A stretch of 58,944 bases of DNA from Gemmatimonadaceae bacterium (GCA_035760785.1 DASTSH010000160.1:1-58944), one strand, 5' to 3'; numbered from the stretch's first letter, positions 42,220 to 51,064 are shown. The notes: generated by a model from the letters alone, not told the origin. Numbers and translations are program-made.

Positions 42220-42555
42220 TCAGATGGCTCGCGCCGCGCAGTAGGCCGCCGCGCAACTCCGCACGAGCTCCTCGGCCTCCTCGGAGGTGAGATGGCTCGC
42301 TCGATGCTCACGGAGCTCGCCGATCCGTCCGGAATGGAACCACCCCGTGCCCACGGCGTCCTCGGGAGAGGAGATCTCCACGGGGCTGATGCCCGGACGC
42401 TCACTGACCGCGAACGTCCACTCGTCCCCGCGCGCACGAAAGTAGAACGGCCGGCCGGCGACGGTGCCTTCGACCTGCACTGGCGCCGCGCGAGTCGTGA
42501 ACTCGAACCGGAGTGGGAGTTGCTCGTTCAGATTCTCCTCGACGTTCGAAGTCAC
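42220..42555 (-). CDS. hypothetical protein
   Basis: ORF track 42220..42555 (GTG start). Soluble. No family recognised. Confidence 0.6.
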   Translation of the reverse strand: MTSNVEENLNEQLPLRFEFTTRAAPVQVEGTVAGRPFYFRARGDEWTFAVSERPGISPVEISSPEDAVGTGWFHSGRIGELREHRASHLTSEEAEELVRSCAAAYCAARAI

Positions 42556-42653
42556 CCGATGGTGGGGGGCCCGCGAGCGGATCCCGCAAGTTGTCGTGTT
42601 GCCGCCGATACGGCGAGACCCCGGTTGCCCGCAAGTCGATCACCCCCGGCGCC

Positions 42654-43301
42654 TCACATCGCCAGCTCCCGGAGCCGCTCGTGGACGTCCGGGTCCACCC
42701 GTGCCACGAGGCCGAGCTTCCGGTGGTGGGGAAACGGCGACTCGGTCTCCGCGGTCGCGTCGAGCGCCGCTCGAGCCCACTCGCGCGCCGTCGCGGCATC
42801 CCGCCGCGCATCGGCGATCAGCGCCCGGATGGCCGCCTGACGATACCGCTGGACGGGAAATGGCGCGCCATCCCCGAACTCGTCGATCGCCGCCAGGGCG
42901 GTGTCGTACAGATCGTCGCGTCGCAGCGCCAGCACCAGCTCGCCGAAGTCCAGGTATCCGTCGTCGCCCTGGTGCGGATGCGCGCGCCGGGTGGCGAGCG
43001 CCTGGCGGTAGCTCTCCAGCGCTTCCGCTGGTCGCCCGAGGTCGACGAGACACGCGGCGCGCTGGTTCAGCGCGGCGGTGATCTGCGACCGCTCCGGGTA
43101 GAGCGCGAGGAGCTGGTCGAGCAGTTGCAGCGCGGCCGCGGTGAGCGCCGGGGAACCGACCTCGTGGAGATGGAGCGCCTGGATCCGGAGGTACTGCGCG
43201 CGCCGTGCGGCGCCGCGGCTGCGCGCGAGTCGGGCGGCGAAGTCCGCGGCGTCGTCCGGCGTCCACGTGGTGCGACGGAACCACTCCACCTTGTCTGTCA
43301 T
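42654..43301 (-). CDS. hypothetical helical-repeat (TPR-like) protein
   Basis: ORF track 42654..43301. The ATG follows GGGAG. Alpha-helical repeats (LGRPAEALESYRQALA...). Confidence 0.65.
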   Translation of the reverse strand: MTDKVEWFRRTTWTPDDAADFAARLARSRGAARRAQYLRIQALHLHEVGSPALTAAALQLLDQLLALYPERSQITAALNQRAACLVDLGRPAEALESYRQALATRRAHPHQGDDGYLDFGELVLALRRDDLYDTALAAIDEFGDGAPFPVQRYRQAAIRALIADARRDAATAREWARAALDATAETESPFPHHRKLGLVARVDPDVHERLRELAM

Positions 43302-43351
43302 GCTCCCGAGTCAGTCGATGGACGCATCAGTGCTTGCCAGCCAGCAGCGCT

Positions 43352-43798
43352 TCATTCTCCGACACGCGGCTCGGTCGCCAGCAGCCATGCCGCCACCATG
43401 GTCATGATCGCGACGGGCAGCCCCACGACGAGGGTGCTCACCCATGCGACATCGATCAGGCGGTCCACGCTCGGCTCGTACAGGAGCCAGCCGACGAACG
43501 CCGACATGGCGGTCGAGATGCCGAGCACTCGAGCGACGATCGCGCGAGCGACTCCGTGGTGACGGCCCCGTAGAGACCACGTGCCGGGCAGCACGACCAG
43601 CAGGTACATCGTCCACGCGATCAGGGGGAGAAACGTCGCCCCGAGGGCGCCGAGGGTCACGAGGGGCACGTTCTTCCACGCCGGGTCGCGTGCGAACATG
43701 GCGTCCACGATGCCGTGCGCCCACGCGACGCCCAACCAGACGCCGATCGCGGCGAGCGGCGGCAGGAGGAGCAGGGAAAGGAATCGACGAATTGGCAT
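43352..43798 (-). CDS. membrane protein (4-5 TM)
   Basis: ORF track 43352..43798. It has clear hydrophobic helices. Confidence 0.65.
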   Translation of the reverse strand: MPIRRFLSLLLLPPLAAIGVWLGVAWAHGIVDAMFARDPAWKNVPLVTLGALGATFLPLIAWTMYLLVVLPGTWSLRGRHHGVARAIVARVLGISTAMSAFVGWLLYEPSVDRLIDVAWVSTLVVGLPVAIMTMVAAWLLATEPRVGE

Positions 43799-43805
43799 CG
43801 AGAGG

Positions 43806-44567
43806 TCAGCTTGCCACGGTGTGTCGTCCAGCAGTCAGCTCGCGAACGGGCGCCGCCAGTCGCCGTCCCAACTCCGGCGCGACCGCATCCACCTCGCCGA
43901 GCAACCGCTCGCAGGCGACGCCGAACGCGCGCCGGAGCTCCGCCGGCTCGAGTGAGCGGACCAGCGCCCCCGCCATCGGCGAGGCGACATCGGAAGGTAG
44001 ACGATCCACGCCTCGCCCCTGCACCGCCGGCAGGTCGTGCCGTAGGCATGCGAGCGCCAGCGCCTGGTCGCGCACCCCGCTGATCATGTACTCCGCCTGC
44101 CACGGGCGCCCCCGCGCGATGCTCGACCGCGCATGGAGCGCGTAGAGCCAGCCCATGCCCACGAGCCCCTCGAACGACGGCGCCGGGGGGCGCGGCCGCT
44201 CGTGCGCCGTTCCGAACAGGAGGCGAAACGTCGGCGCGATCGCGCCGAACTCCCCCTCCGGCCAGAACGCCAGATCGACCTGCAGCGTGTTCTCCAGCAG
44301 GAACACCCGGAAGAGGGCACTGCCGCGCGCCACGTCGGTGTGGTGCACGGCGCCGTGGTCCCGGTACATCCGCGCCGACCAGTCGGCGATGACCCGATCG
44401 CGGTCGGCGCTTGCCGCGACGCCGAACGCCAGGTCGACGTCCGACCACTCGTCCTCGGCGCCGAGGGCGGCGGATCCGGTCAGCGCGGCTCCGGTGAGCC
44501 GGGGATCATCTCGCGCGGTCGCGACGAGCGCGTCGCGCAGGGTCTCGCGGTCGGTGGGACTGAACAT
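43806..44567 (-). CDS. nucleotidyltransferase domain protein (pol-beta superfamily)
   Basis: ORF track 43806..44567. LTGSAALGAEDEWSDVDLAFGV is an NTase GS...D.D motif. The substrate is unknown. Confidence 0.7.
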   Translation of the reverse strand: MFSPTDRETLRDALVATARDDPRLTGAALTGSAALGAEDEWSDVDLAFGVAASADRDRVIADWSARMYRDHGAVHHTDVARGSALFRVFLLENTLQVDLAFWPEGEFGAIAPTFRLLFGTAHERPRPPAPSFEGLVGMGWLYALHARSSIARGRPWQAEYMISGVRDQALALACLRHDLPAVQGRGVDRLPSDVASPMAGALVRSLEPAELRRAFGVACERLLGEVDAVAPELGRRLAAPVRELTAGRHTVAS

Positions 44568-44761
44568 GGGGATGAGCTGAGGCTGGCGTGTACGATTCGA
44601 AGCCTACACGACGTCGCCCTCCGGCGCACGGGGGGCCAGGGGCGCAGCTACGCTGCCGGTGAGGGCATCCACCTTGTCAGCCGTCGTTCGCGGGCGGCCG
44701 CCGCGCGCCGACCTTCGCCAGCAGCGATTCCGGGATTCCGTACGCCTCGATCACCGCATCG

Positions 44762-45496
44762 CTACACACCTCGCGGCCGGACTTCGATCCCGTGCGTCCT
44801 CGAGATGTACCGTTGCAGCTCGGCCTGGCGATCCTGAATCGGGAGATAGCCGCGCCGCCGCTGGTAGAGCCAGATGCGCGCCTTGGTGATCGTGCTCGCC
44901 TCCGGCGACAGCTCCTCGTCCGAGTCGGTGTCCAAGCCGTACACCGCACCGAGGTCGCCGTAGTCGAGCGCGATCAACTCCAAGATGTGAAAGAGATAGA
45001 GGCACTTGCCGGGATCGTACCCGGCGGCGATGCACAGGTCGATCGCGTGCCGATCCGCGTCGAGCTCGCGCTCCGGGCTGTAGATGCGCTTCTGCATGGC
45101 CCGGAAGAACATGACCGCGACGAGCCCCGGACTGGATCTCGCGGCGCGGCGCGCGAAGGGGCCCTTGAAGTAATCCAGGTGTCCGAGATCGTGATGCGCG
45201 ATCTCGTGGGCGATCACGAACGCCGCCGAGTCCTCGTGCGGGCAGCGCTCGAGCAGCCGGCGCGAGAAATAGACGTAGCGCCCCGGCGCCGTGAACGCGG
45301 TGAAGCCGCCGAGCCAGGGCACCTCCACCACGAAGCGCTCGTCGTCGGGACGGCCGCGCTGGAGCCGCGCGGCGGCCGCTCTGACGCGGTCGGGCATGAA
45401 GCCGTGCTGCTCGAGAAAGGCCTCGTCGGCGATCTCGGCGTGCAGCCACTCGCCGAACGATTCGCCGGGCGCGATCTCGAAGTCACTCGACCACAT
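44762..45496 (-). CDS. cytoplasmic zinc metallopeptidase, M48-like (HExxH)
   Basis: ORF track 44762..45496. FVIAHEIAHHDLGH plus a downstream ERELDADRHA motif. No TM segments. Confidence 0.8.
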   Translation of the reverse strand: MWSSDFEIAPGESFGEWLHAEIADEAFLEQHGFMPDRVRAAAARLQRGRPDDERFVVEVPWLGGFTAFTAPGRYVYFSRRLLERCPHEDSAAFVIAHEIAHHDLGHLDYFKGPFARRAARSSPGLVAVMFFRAMQKRIYSPERELDADRHAIDLCIAAGYDPGKCLYLFHILELIALDYGDLGAVYGLDTDSDEELSPEASTITKARIWLYQRRRGYLPIQDRQAELQRYISRTHGIEVRPRGV

Positions 45497-46028
45497 CGAG
45501 ACGGAACCTCCCGCCGGCCAGCGCCGAGCGCACCGCGGCGACCGTGTCGCCGCGGTCGTGCCCCGTCGTGTCGATCACGTGCGACTCCAGCTCGCCCAGT
45601 GCGGCGAACTGTTCGTGCAGGCTGCTGATCGCCTCGGGGTCGGTGAGCGTGTCGCCGCCGCGCAGTCTGCAGCGCTCGATCGCCAGGTCGAGCGGTGGAC
45701 GAAGCACCACGTAGTGCACCGGCCGGTGGAGCTGCCCGAACGCGTGGAGGAACCACGGTCCGATGATCCCGTCGACGACGACGAAGTACTCGCCGGCGGC
45801 GTAGCCCTCGGCCGCCTGCGCGAGCACCGACATCACCACCGCGTTCTGCGCGTGCGCCTCCGGAAGGTACGGCGGAATCGCGCCCTTCCGGATGAAATGC
45901 CAGAAGTCATCGGCGTGCAGGTGCACCGCGGGGTCGGTGGAAGATTCGACCAGACTCCGCGCGGTGGTCGTCTTTCCGGAGCCTGGCGGGCCAGTCAGGA
46001 CGAGGATCGTGCCAGCGAGGTTCGACAT
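45483..46028 (-). CDS. P-loop NTPase/kinase (AAA_33 / chloramphenicol-phosphotransferase-like)
   Basis: ATG at 46028 inside ORF 45483..46544. It has Walker A LTGPPGSGKTT and Walker B-like YFVVVDG. It overlaps the peptidase start by 14 nt. Confidence 0.8.
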   Translation of the reverse strand: MSNLAGTILVLTGPPGSGKTTTARSLVESSTDPAVHLHADDFWHFIRKGAIPPYLPEAHAQNAVVMSVLAQAAEGYAAGEYFVVVDGIIGPWFLHAFGQLHRPVHYVVLRPPLDLAIERCRLRGGDTLTDPEAISSLHEQFAALGELESHVIDTTGHDRGDTVAAVRSALAGGRFRLDVVE

Positions 46029-46066
46029 GCCGGTTGCGGTCGAGATGCGGCGCGAAACTTCACAGC

Positions 46067-46144
46067 CTAGCGCAGCCCGAGCCATCCGGCCAGCACCAGC
46101 ACCGCGGTCCATCCGATCCAGAGCACCAGAAGGCGTACCGTCAT
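46067..46144 (-). CDS. 25-aa single-TM micro-ORF
   Basis: Not in the ORF track. The ATG overlaps the stop of the upstream gene (ATGA). Sequence: MTVRLLVLWIGWTAVLVLAGWLGLR. GC3 is high. Confidence 0.3.
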   Translation of the reverse strand: MTVRLLVLWIGWTAVLVLAGWLGLR

Positions 46145-46854
46145 GGCCAGCCCTCTCCACGGGCTGGCCCAGCGCTCCCCGCGGGCAGGAGATCGCAGTA
46201 GGCGAAGCGCTCTTCGCGGAGCACGACGTCGCCCACGGCCACGGGAACCTCGCGCGTGAAGACCGGCCCCCGCCAGACGAAGGTGTGGAATTCGCCGCGC
46301 TCGCCGCACGGATCCACCCCGGCGGGGAGCTCGGCGAGGAGCGTGTCGTCGAACGAGCGCCCCGCGAACCGCGCGTCGAGCTGCATCGTGTCCACGCAGA
46401 CGAGCCGGGCGCCGAACCCCTGGGCGACGAACCGCGCGGCGAGCGCCCGCGTGTCCTCCCCCCAGAGCGGGAAGAGCGGCACGACGTCGGTGTTCGCGAG
46501 GAGGCGCTCGCGATACTCCCGCACGTCCGCGAGGAACAGATCACCGAAGGCGAGGTGCCGCACGTCCGGGAACCGCTCCCGCGCCCGCGCGAGCGCGTCG
46601 AGGAACGCCGCCTCGTAGGCCGCGTTCGAGCATGCCGGGTCGAGCTGCACCTCCAGGAGCGGGAGCGCCGCCGCTGCGGCCTGCGCCTCGAGGAGCGCTC
46701 GCCGAACGCCGTGGATGCTCACGCGCTCGTAGCCGCGCGTGACGCTCGTCAGGAGTGCGACCACATCGTACCGAGGGTCGTCGCGGAGCGCCGCCAGCGC
46801 GAGGCTGGAATCCTTGCCGCCGCTCCAACTGAGAACGATGGGTGTTCGGCTCAT
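46141..46854 (-). CDS. ATP pyrophosphatase of the adenine-nucleotide alpha-hydrolase superfamily (Dph6/MJ0570-like)
   Basis: ATG at 46854 inside ORF 46141..46893. PP-loop SWSGGKDS, then PLWGEDT and CGERGEFHTFV. Confidence 0.8.
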   Translation of the reverse strand: MSRTPIVLSWSGGKDSSLALAALRDDPRYDVVALLTSVTRGYERVSIHGVRRALLEAQAAAAALPLLEVQLDPACSNAAYEAAFLDALARARERFPDVRHLAFGDLFLADVREYRERLLANTDVVPLFPLWGEDTRALAARFVAQGFGARLVCVDTMQLDARFAGRSFDDTLLAELPAGVDPCGERGEFHTFVWRGPVFTREVPVAVGDVVLREERFAYCDLLPAGSAGPARGEGWP

Positions 46855-46885
46855 CGTGGCGCCGATCGTCGGCGAGTGCGGCCTG

Positions 46886-47428
46886 CTACGCACCCGCCGA
46901 CGCCTGCCCGGGCAGGCGTGAGCGCAGCCAGCGGATCTGGCCGCGGTGATTGAGCTCGTCCTCCGCCACGTGGAACCACGCCCAGTGGTGCGTGGCCGGC
47001 TGCCGGAGCCAAGGCAGCTCGAACTCGCCCGCGAGCCACGCGTCGTCCACGTCGCGGAGACGCATCAGCGTGCGCTCGCGCAGCGCGCCGAGGCGCTCGC
47101 GGTGCCAGGCGACGTCGTGGCCCCGTGCGAACGTCTCGGCTCCAGCTCCGAGCCGGAGCGCCGCGCCCCACTCGGCCCACTCCGCCCCCTCGGGCGCGCG
47201 CCGCTCGAGCGTGGTGCTCTGGAAGTACCACTCCGTGGCGGCCACGTGGGCCAGCAGTGCGCCGATCGAGTTCGCCCGCGCGTCGTGACGGTGCTCGAGG
47301 TCGGCCGCCGTGAGGCCATCCACGGCGGCGAGGGTGGTCTCCCTCGCGTAGCCGAGCATGGCCACGATCGCACCGACGAGCGGCGTGTAGCCCGGCGCGG
47401 GCACGAGGAGGGTCGAGGGCGATGGCAT
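46886..47428 (-). CDS. DinB family protein
   Basis: ORF track 46886..47428. Sequence: NSIGALLAHVAATEWYF ... FHVAEDELNHRGQI. Confidence 0.85.
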   Translation of the reverse strand: MPSPSTLLVPAPGYTPLVGAIVAMLGYARETTLAAVDGLTAADLEHRHDARANSIGALLAHVAATEWYFQSTTLERRAPEGAEWAEWGAALRLGAGAETFARGHDVAWHRERLGALRERTLMRLRDVDDAWLAGEFELPWLRQPATHHWAWFHVAEDELNHRGQIRWLRSRLPGQASAGA

Positions 47429-47590
47429 GGATCAGGGCGATGTTGGGACTCCGGTCGTCCGTCCGACGCTCGGCTTCAGCCGCGGGTGATCTACGGGAGC
47501 GGCGGGCGCCCGAACCTAACCTGGGTACGATGGTCCGCGCCGCACTGCCCTGTCCAGCCACCCAACCGTGGACTGGCTTACCATGACCAT

Positions 47591-48043
47591 CTACTCGTCG
47601 TCCTCGGCATGCCCCGTCTCGGCCTCGAACTGCACCAGCTCCTCCGGCGTCAGCAGCCGACTGGCCACCCAGTGACTGAGCGAGTCTGGCGTCGGCGCGT
47701 TCACCGGCACTTCGCCCCGGAGCACGCGCTCGGCGAAGTCGCGCACGAGTGCCGCCTTGCCGATGTGCCAGAGCGCCACTGCGGTCGTGCGGGCACCGAG
47801 CGGCTCTCGTGCCGGCGTCCCCCCATCCCTGACGATGCTCCGCAGGTACCCGGCGATGTCCACCTCCGTCGCGTCGGCGGCGACCATGCCGAGGATGATC
47901 GCCGCTTGCTCATCCAGCCATGCTCGATCGGCCGGGTCATGACGCTCGAAGAAGTAGGCGAGCACGCGTCGGAGCGTCGGGCCCGCCGGCTCGCCGCGAT
48001 CCACCCAGTTGCTGGCCTTGCTCGAGATGATCGTGGGCTTCAT
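47591..48043 (-). CDS. hypothetical protein
   Basis: ORF track 47591..48094. I chose the ATG at 48043 (MKPTIISSKASNW...). No family recognised. Confidence 0.55.
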   Translation of the reverse strand: MKPTIISSKASNWVDRGEPAGPTLRRVLAYFFERHDPADRAWLDEQAAIILGMVAADATEVDIAGYLRSIVRDGGTPAREPLGARTTAVALWHIGKAALVRDFAERVLRGEVPVNAPTPDSLSHWVASRLLTPEELVQFEAETGHAEDDE

Positions 48044-48263
48044 GAGACGGGCGCTCTCCCTCGGTCGCGCGTACATGGAACGCCATGACGACACCGGGTT
48101 CGTCCACCACCAATCTCACGGTGTGTGCGCCGGCTCCGCAACGAGCGCCACGTTAGATGCCCCCTGACCGGCTCTGACGTGGAACCCAGTGGCACAGCCG
48201 AAAGGGGGCCCAGTAGGAGCTTCGACGTGCCGGTTGCGAAGAGAATCGGCCGGCCCATGTATA

Positions 48264-49535
48264 TCATCCCGAACATGATTCACTCCCGTCCATGGTGGAC
48301 CCTGATGCCGTCAGTCGCGCGCGCTGCCGCTCCAGGTACCGGCGTGCGCCAGCGTCCGTCGTGAGCGAGATCGCCCTCTCGTACGCCCGCACCGCCTCCT
48401 CCGTGCGCCCCGCCTCGCCCAGCAGGTGCGCGCGCGTCGCCCACGCGGGCTGGAAGCGCTGCGCGGCCTCCTCGGTGATCGCGTCGAGTGCCTCGAGCCC
48501 CGCCCGCGCGCCCTCGACGCGCCCCACCGCCGCCGCGTGGGCGACACGCGCGCCGAGCGTCGGCGCGATCGAGAGGAGCGCGGCGTAGAGCGTCCGCAGC
48601 GCGCGCCAGTCGGTCACGCCGGAGGTGGCGCGCGCGCAGTGGACGGACTGGATCGCCCCCTCGATCTGGAAGCGCCCCGGCCGCCCGATCGCGCGCGCGC
48701 GATGGAGCCACCCCTCACCGAGCGCGATGAGCTTCGCGTCCCAGAGCGAGGAGTCCTGCTCGTCGAGCGGCACGAACGCGCCGGCCGCTCCGCGCGCGGG
48801 GGCGCGCGCGAGGGAGAGCGAGATGAGCGCGGCGAGCCCCAGCGCTTCGGGCTCGCCGGGGAGCAGCTCGGCGAGCGTGGTGGCGAGGTACAGCGACTCG
48901 TCGGCGAGCGACTCGCGCGGCTCTGGGCCGGCGACGAGGGGGAAGTCGATCGCGTACGCGCCGTAGATCGCCTCGAGCACCGGGGCGAGGCGCTCCGGCA
49001 TCTGGCCGCGCTCGGGCACCACGAACGGGATGCGCGCGTCGCGGATGCGGCGCTTGGCGCGCACGAGCCGCTGCGCCATCGCCGACGCCGGGATCGCGAA
49101 CGCGCGCGCGATCCTGTCGGCGTCGAAGCCGAGCACCGCTTGGAGCATGAGCGGCGTGCGCACGGCCGGATCGATCGCCGGGTGCGCGCAGACGAAGAGC
49201 AGCGCGAGCCGCCGGTCGGGGATGGCATCGGGATCGAGCTCCTCCACGGTCGCCAGCGCGCCGCCGCGCGCGACGTCGTCGAGCGGGTCCTCCAGCCGGT
49301 GCGCCGCCGAACGGCGGAGGTCGCGCCGGCGGTTGCGGGCCACGGTGAGGAGCCAGCCCTCGGGGTTGCTCGGCACGCCGGTCTCCGGCCACGTGCGCAG
49401 CGCCTGCGCGAAGGCGTCGGCGAGACAGTCCTCGGCGCACTCGATGTCGCCGTCTCTCGCGGCGAGGATGGCGAGCAGGCGGCCGTAGGCGGCGCGCGCC
49501 AGCGACTCGGCGCGCGCCGCGACGTCGTGCGTCAT
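48264..49535 (-). CDS. ECF sigma factor with long C-terminal TPR-like extension (ECF42-type)
   Basis: ORF track 48264..49535. Sigma region 2 (LLAILAARDGDIECAEDCLADAFAQALRTW...GWLLTVARNRRRD) and region 4 (LMLQAVLGFDADRIARAFAIPASAMAQRLVRAKRRI) are followed by about 230 aa of helical repeats. Confidence 0.85.
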   Translation of the reverse strand: MTHDVAARAESLARAAYGRLLAILAARDGDIECAEDCLADAFAQALRTWPETGVPSNPEGWLLTVARNRRRDLRRSAAHRLEDPLDDVARGGALATVEELDPDAIPDRRLALLFVCAHPAIDPAVRTPLMLQAVLGFDADRIARAFAIPASAMAQRLVRAKRRIRDARIPFVVPERGQMPERLAPVLEAIYGAYAIDFPLVAGPEPRESLADESLYLATTLAELLPGEPEALGLAALISLSLARAPARGAAGAFVPLDEQDSSLWDAKLIALGEGWLHRARAIGRPGRFQIEGAIQSVHCARATSGVTDWRALRTLYAALLSIAPTLGARVAHAAAVGRVEGARAGLEALDAITEEAAQRFQPAWATRAHLLGEAGRTEEAVRAYERAISLTTDAGARRYLERQRARLTASGSTMDGSESCSG

Positions 49536-49557
49536 CGGCCGAGCGAACGCGACCGCC

Positions 49558-49935
49558 TCACGTCACGTTCGTCCACGCGCCGTCGACGACGCGGAGCGCC
49601 GAGGGGCGGATCTCCACGGTCCCCCACCGCGCCGCCGGGCACTTCTCTGCCCAGGCGATCGCCGCGTCGAGATCGGGGACGTCGAGCATGAAGATGCCGG
49701 CGAACGCTTCTTTGGTGTCGGCGAAGGGACCGTCCTGCACCTGGAGCTTCCCCTGCTTCACCGACACGCTCGTGGCGCTGGCGACGGTCTGGAGAATCTC
49801 GGCCGAGAGGAGCACGCCGGCGCCGTCGAGCTCCCTGGCGTAGGCCCTGAAGGCGGCCTTCCCTTCCTCGATGGCGGCCTCGGAGATCGTGGAGACGGCG
49901 GGCTGTGGGTAGTGGATGAGGAGAGCGTATCGCAT
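49558..49935 (-). CDS. YCII-related DGPF-domain protein
   Basis: ATG at 49935 follows GGAGGA, inside ORF 49558..50088. MRYALLIHY ... VQDGPFADTKEAFAGIFMLDVPDLDAAIAWAEKCP contains the DGPF motif. Confidence 0.85.
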   Translation of the reverse strand: MRYALLIHYPQPAVSTISEAAIEEGKAAFRAYARELDGAGVLLSAEILQTVASATSVSVKQGKLQVQDGPFADTKEAFAGIFMLDVPDLDAAIAWAEKCPAARWGTVEIRPSALRVVDGAWTNVT

Positions 49936-49937
49936 GG

Positions 49938-49979
49938 TCGGATGTCCTCCGTAGGGTGATGATGACGCCGGACATCCGA
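49938..49979 (-). promoter_or_regulatory. 10-bp perfect stem (22-nt loop) whose 3' arm covers half of the DGPF gene Shine-Dalgarno
   Basis: On the mRNA strand: UCGGAUGUCC-(22 nt)-GGACAUCCGA-CC-AUG. The SD GGAGGA spans the loop/stem junction. Confidence 0.35.
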
Positions 49980-49981
49980 AT

Positions 49982-50008
49982 GACGGAAGAGCCGTGGCCG
50001 GATCGACA
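49982..50008 (-). promoter_or_regulatory. candidate ECF41/42-style promoter TGTCGA-N17-CGTC upstream of the DGPF-sigma operon
   Basis: Read on the minus strand: TGTCGA at 50008-50003 and CGTC at 49985-49982. It resembles the TGTC.../CGTC architecture I recall for these ECF groups. I did not verify this against the literature. Confidence 0.4.
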
Positions 50009-50038
50009 CCGCTCGCGCAGCGGCTCGGCGCGTCGAGC

Positions 50039-50413
50039 CTATGAGGCGGGAGGCACCTGCACCGTCGCCGCTTCCGTGGGCCAGGCACCCATCAGCATGG
50101 GCTGGTACGGATAGACCGCCGCACGGAACACGCCGCCCTTCACGGCGGGATCCGACTCGGCGATCGCCCGTGCCGCCGCGAGCGACGGCGCCCGCACCAC
50201 CACCAACGCGAAGCTGTCGGCCGTCGGCACGAGCGTCCGCCCTCCGAACACGAGGAGGCCATCGATCAGCAGTTGCTGCGAGTACGCCCAGTGCGCGCCG
50301 GCGAGCGCCCGCTCCTCCGGCGTGGCGCCCTCGGTGAGCATGGCGAGGCGATTGGGATGGAGCGTGTACGCGAAGATGCCCTGAGGAATCTGCTGTGGAT
50401 CGGCGATGTGCAT
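50039..50413 (-). CDS. YciI-like (YCII) domain protein
   Basis: ORF track 50039..50413. Sequence: FAYTLHPNRLAMLTEGATPEERALAGAHWAYSQQLLIDGLLVFGGRT ... DPAVKGGVF. Confidence 0.8.
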   Translation of the reverse strand: MHIADPQQIPQGIFAYTLHPNRLAMLTEGATPEERALAGAHWAYSQQLLIDGLLVFGGRTLVPTADSFALVVVRAPSLAAARAIAESDPAVKGGVFRAAVYPYQPMLMGAWPTEAATVQVPPAS

Positions 50414-50452
50414 GGCGGAGACAGGGTGAATGGGATCGTCAGCCGTACCGCG

Positions 50453-50974
50453 TCACCGGCCGGCGGCACGTTGCAGTGAATCGAACGGACCACGTACGAG
50501 GAGCGCGCCGTACACCGCCGCGAGCACCGCCAGCGGCACGAACGCGAGCCACAGCGCCGGCGATGCCGCGCCGGCGACGAGCGCCCGCAGCAGGCTGAGC
50601 GCGCTGACGAAATACAGCGCGAGATTCGCGAAGACGATCGGCCGGCCGTAGATGCCGCCGAGGAGCGCCGTCCGCTGCAGCCAGTTCAGCGCCGCCACCC
50701 CGAGCCATGCCGCGGCGAGCAGTTGGCCGAGCCAGGCGGCGGCCGGCGGGAAGCCCGGGGCCAGAGCCGGCAGCACGGCGTCGGCGCCGAACAGCAGCGC
50801 GATCGCGCCGAGCAGGAGGACGGTCGCGCTGACGCGGGAAAGGAGAGAGGAGATCACGCCGGAACGATACACGAACGTGCGTGGCCCAGCTATCCGCCTG
50901 AGGTCGGCTGTGTAGCCGCCGTCATTCAAGCGCGAGAGAGGCCATCGGGGGAGCGGCTCCTCAGTGGCTCGCAT
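50453..50974 (-). CDS. membrane protein (4 TM)
   Basis: ORF track 50453..51019. I chose the ATG at 50974. It has clear hydrophobic helices. Confidence 0.6.
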   Translation of the reverse strand: MRATEEPLPRWPLSRLNDGGYTADLRRIAGPRTFVYRSGVISSLLSRVSATVLLLGAIALLFGADAVLPALAPGFPPAAAWLGQLLAAAWLGVAALNWLQRTALLGGIYGRPIVFANLALYFVSALSLLRALVAGAASPALWLAFVPLAVLAAVYGALLVRGPFDSLQRAAGR

Positions 50975-51064
50975 CGATCCCTTCGCCGATCCTTGACGAC
51001 CGCTCGCCGCCGCCAACATTCACTTCCGGGGAGTCACGCGCCAGGTCACCATCTGGAGGGACCC

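Noticed and set aside
44677-44764. A separate 28-aa ORF (VCSDAVIEAYGIPESLLAKVGARRPPANDG) overlapping the M48-like peptidase stop.
   Set aside because: GC3 is high, but the ORF is very short and has no SD. It may equally reflect a frameshifted or alternative C-terminus of the peptidase. I mention it only within the kinase/peptidase finding.
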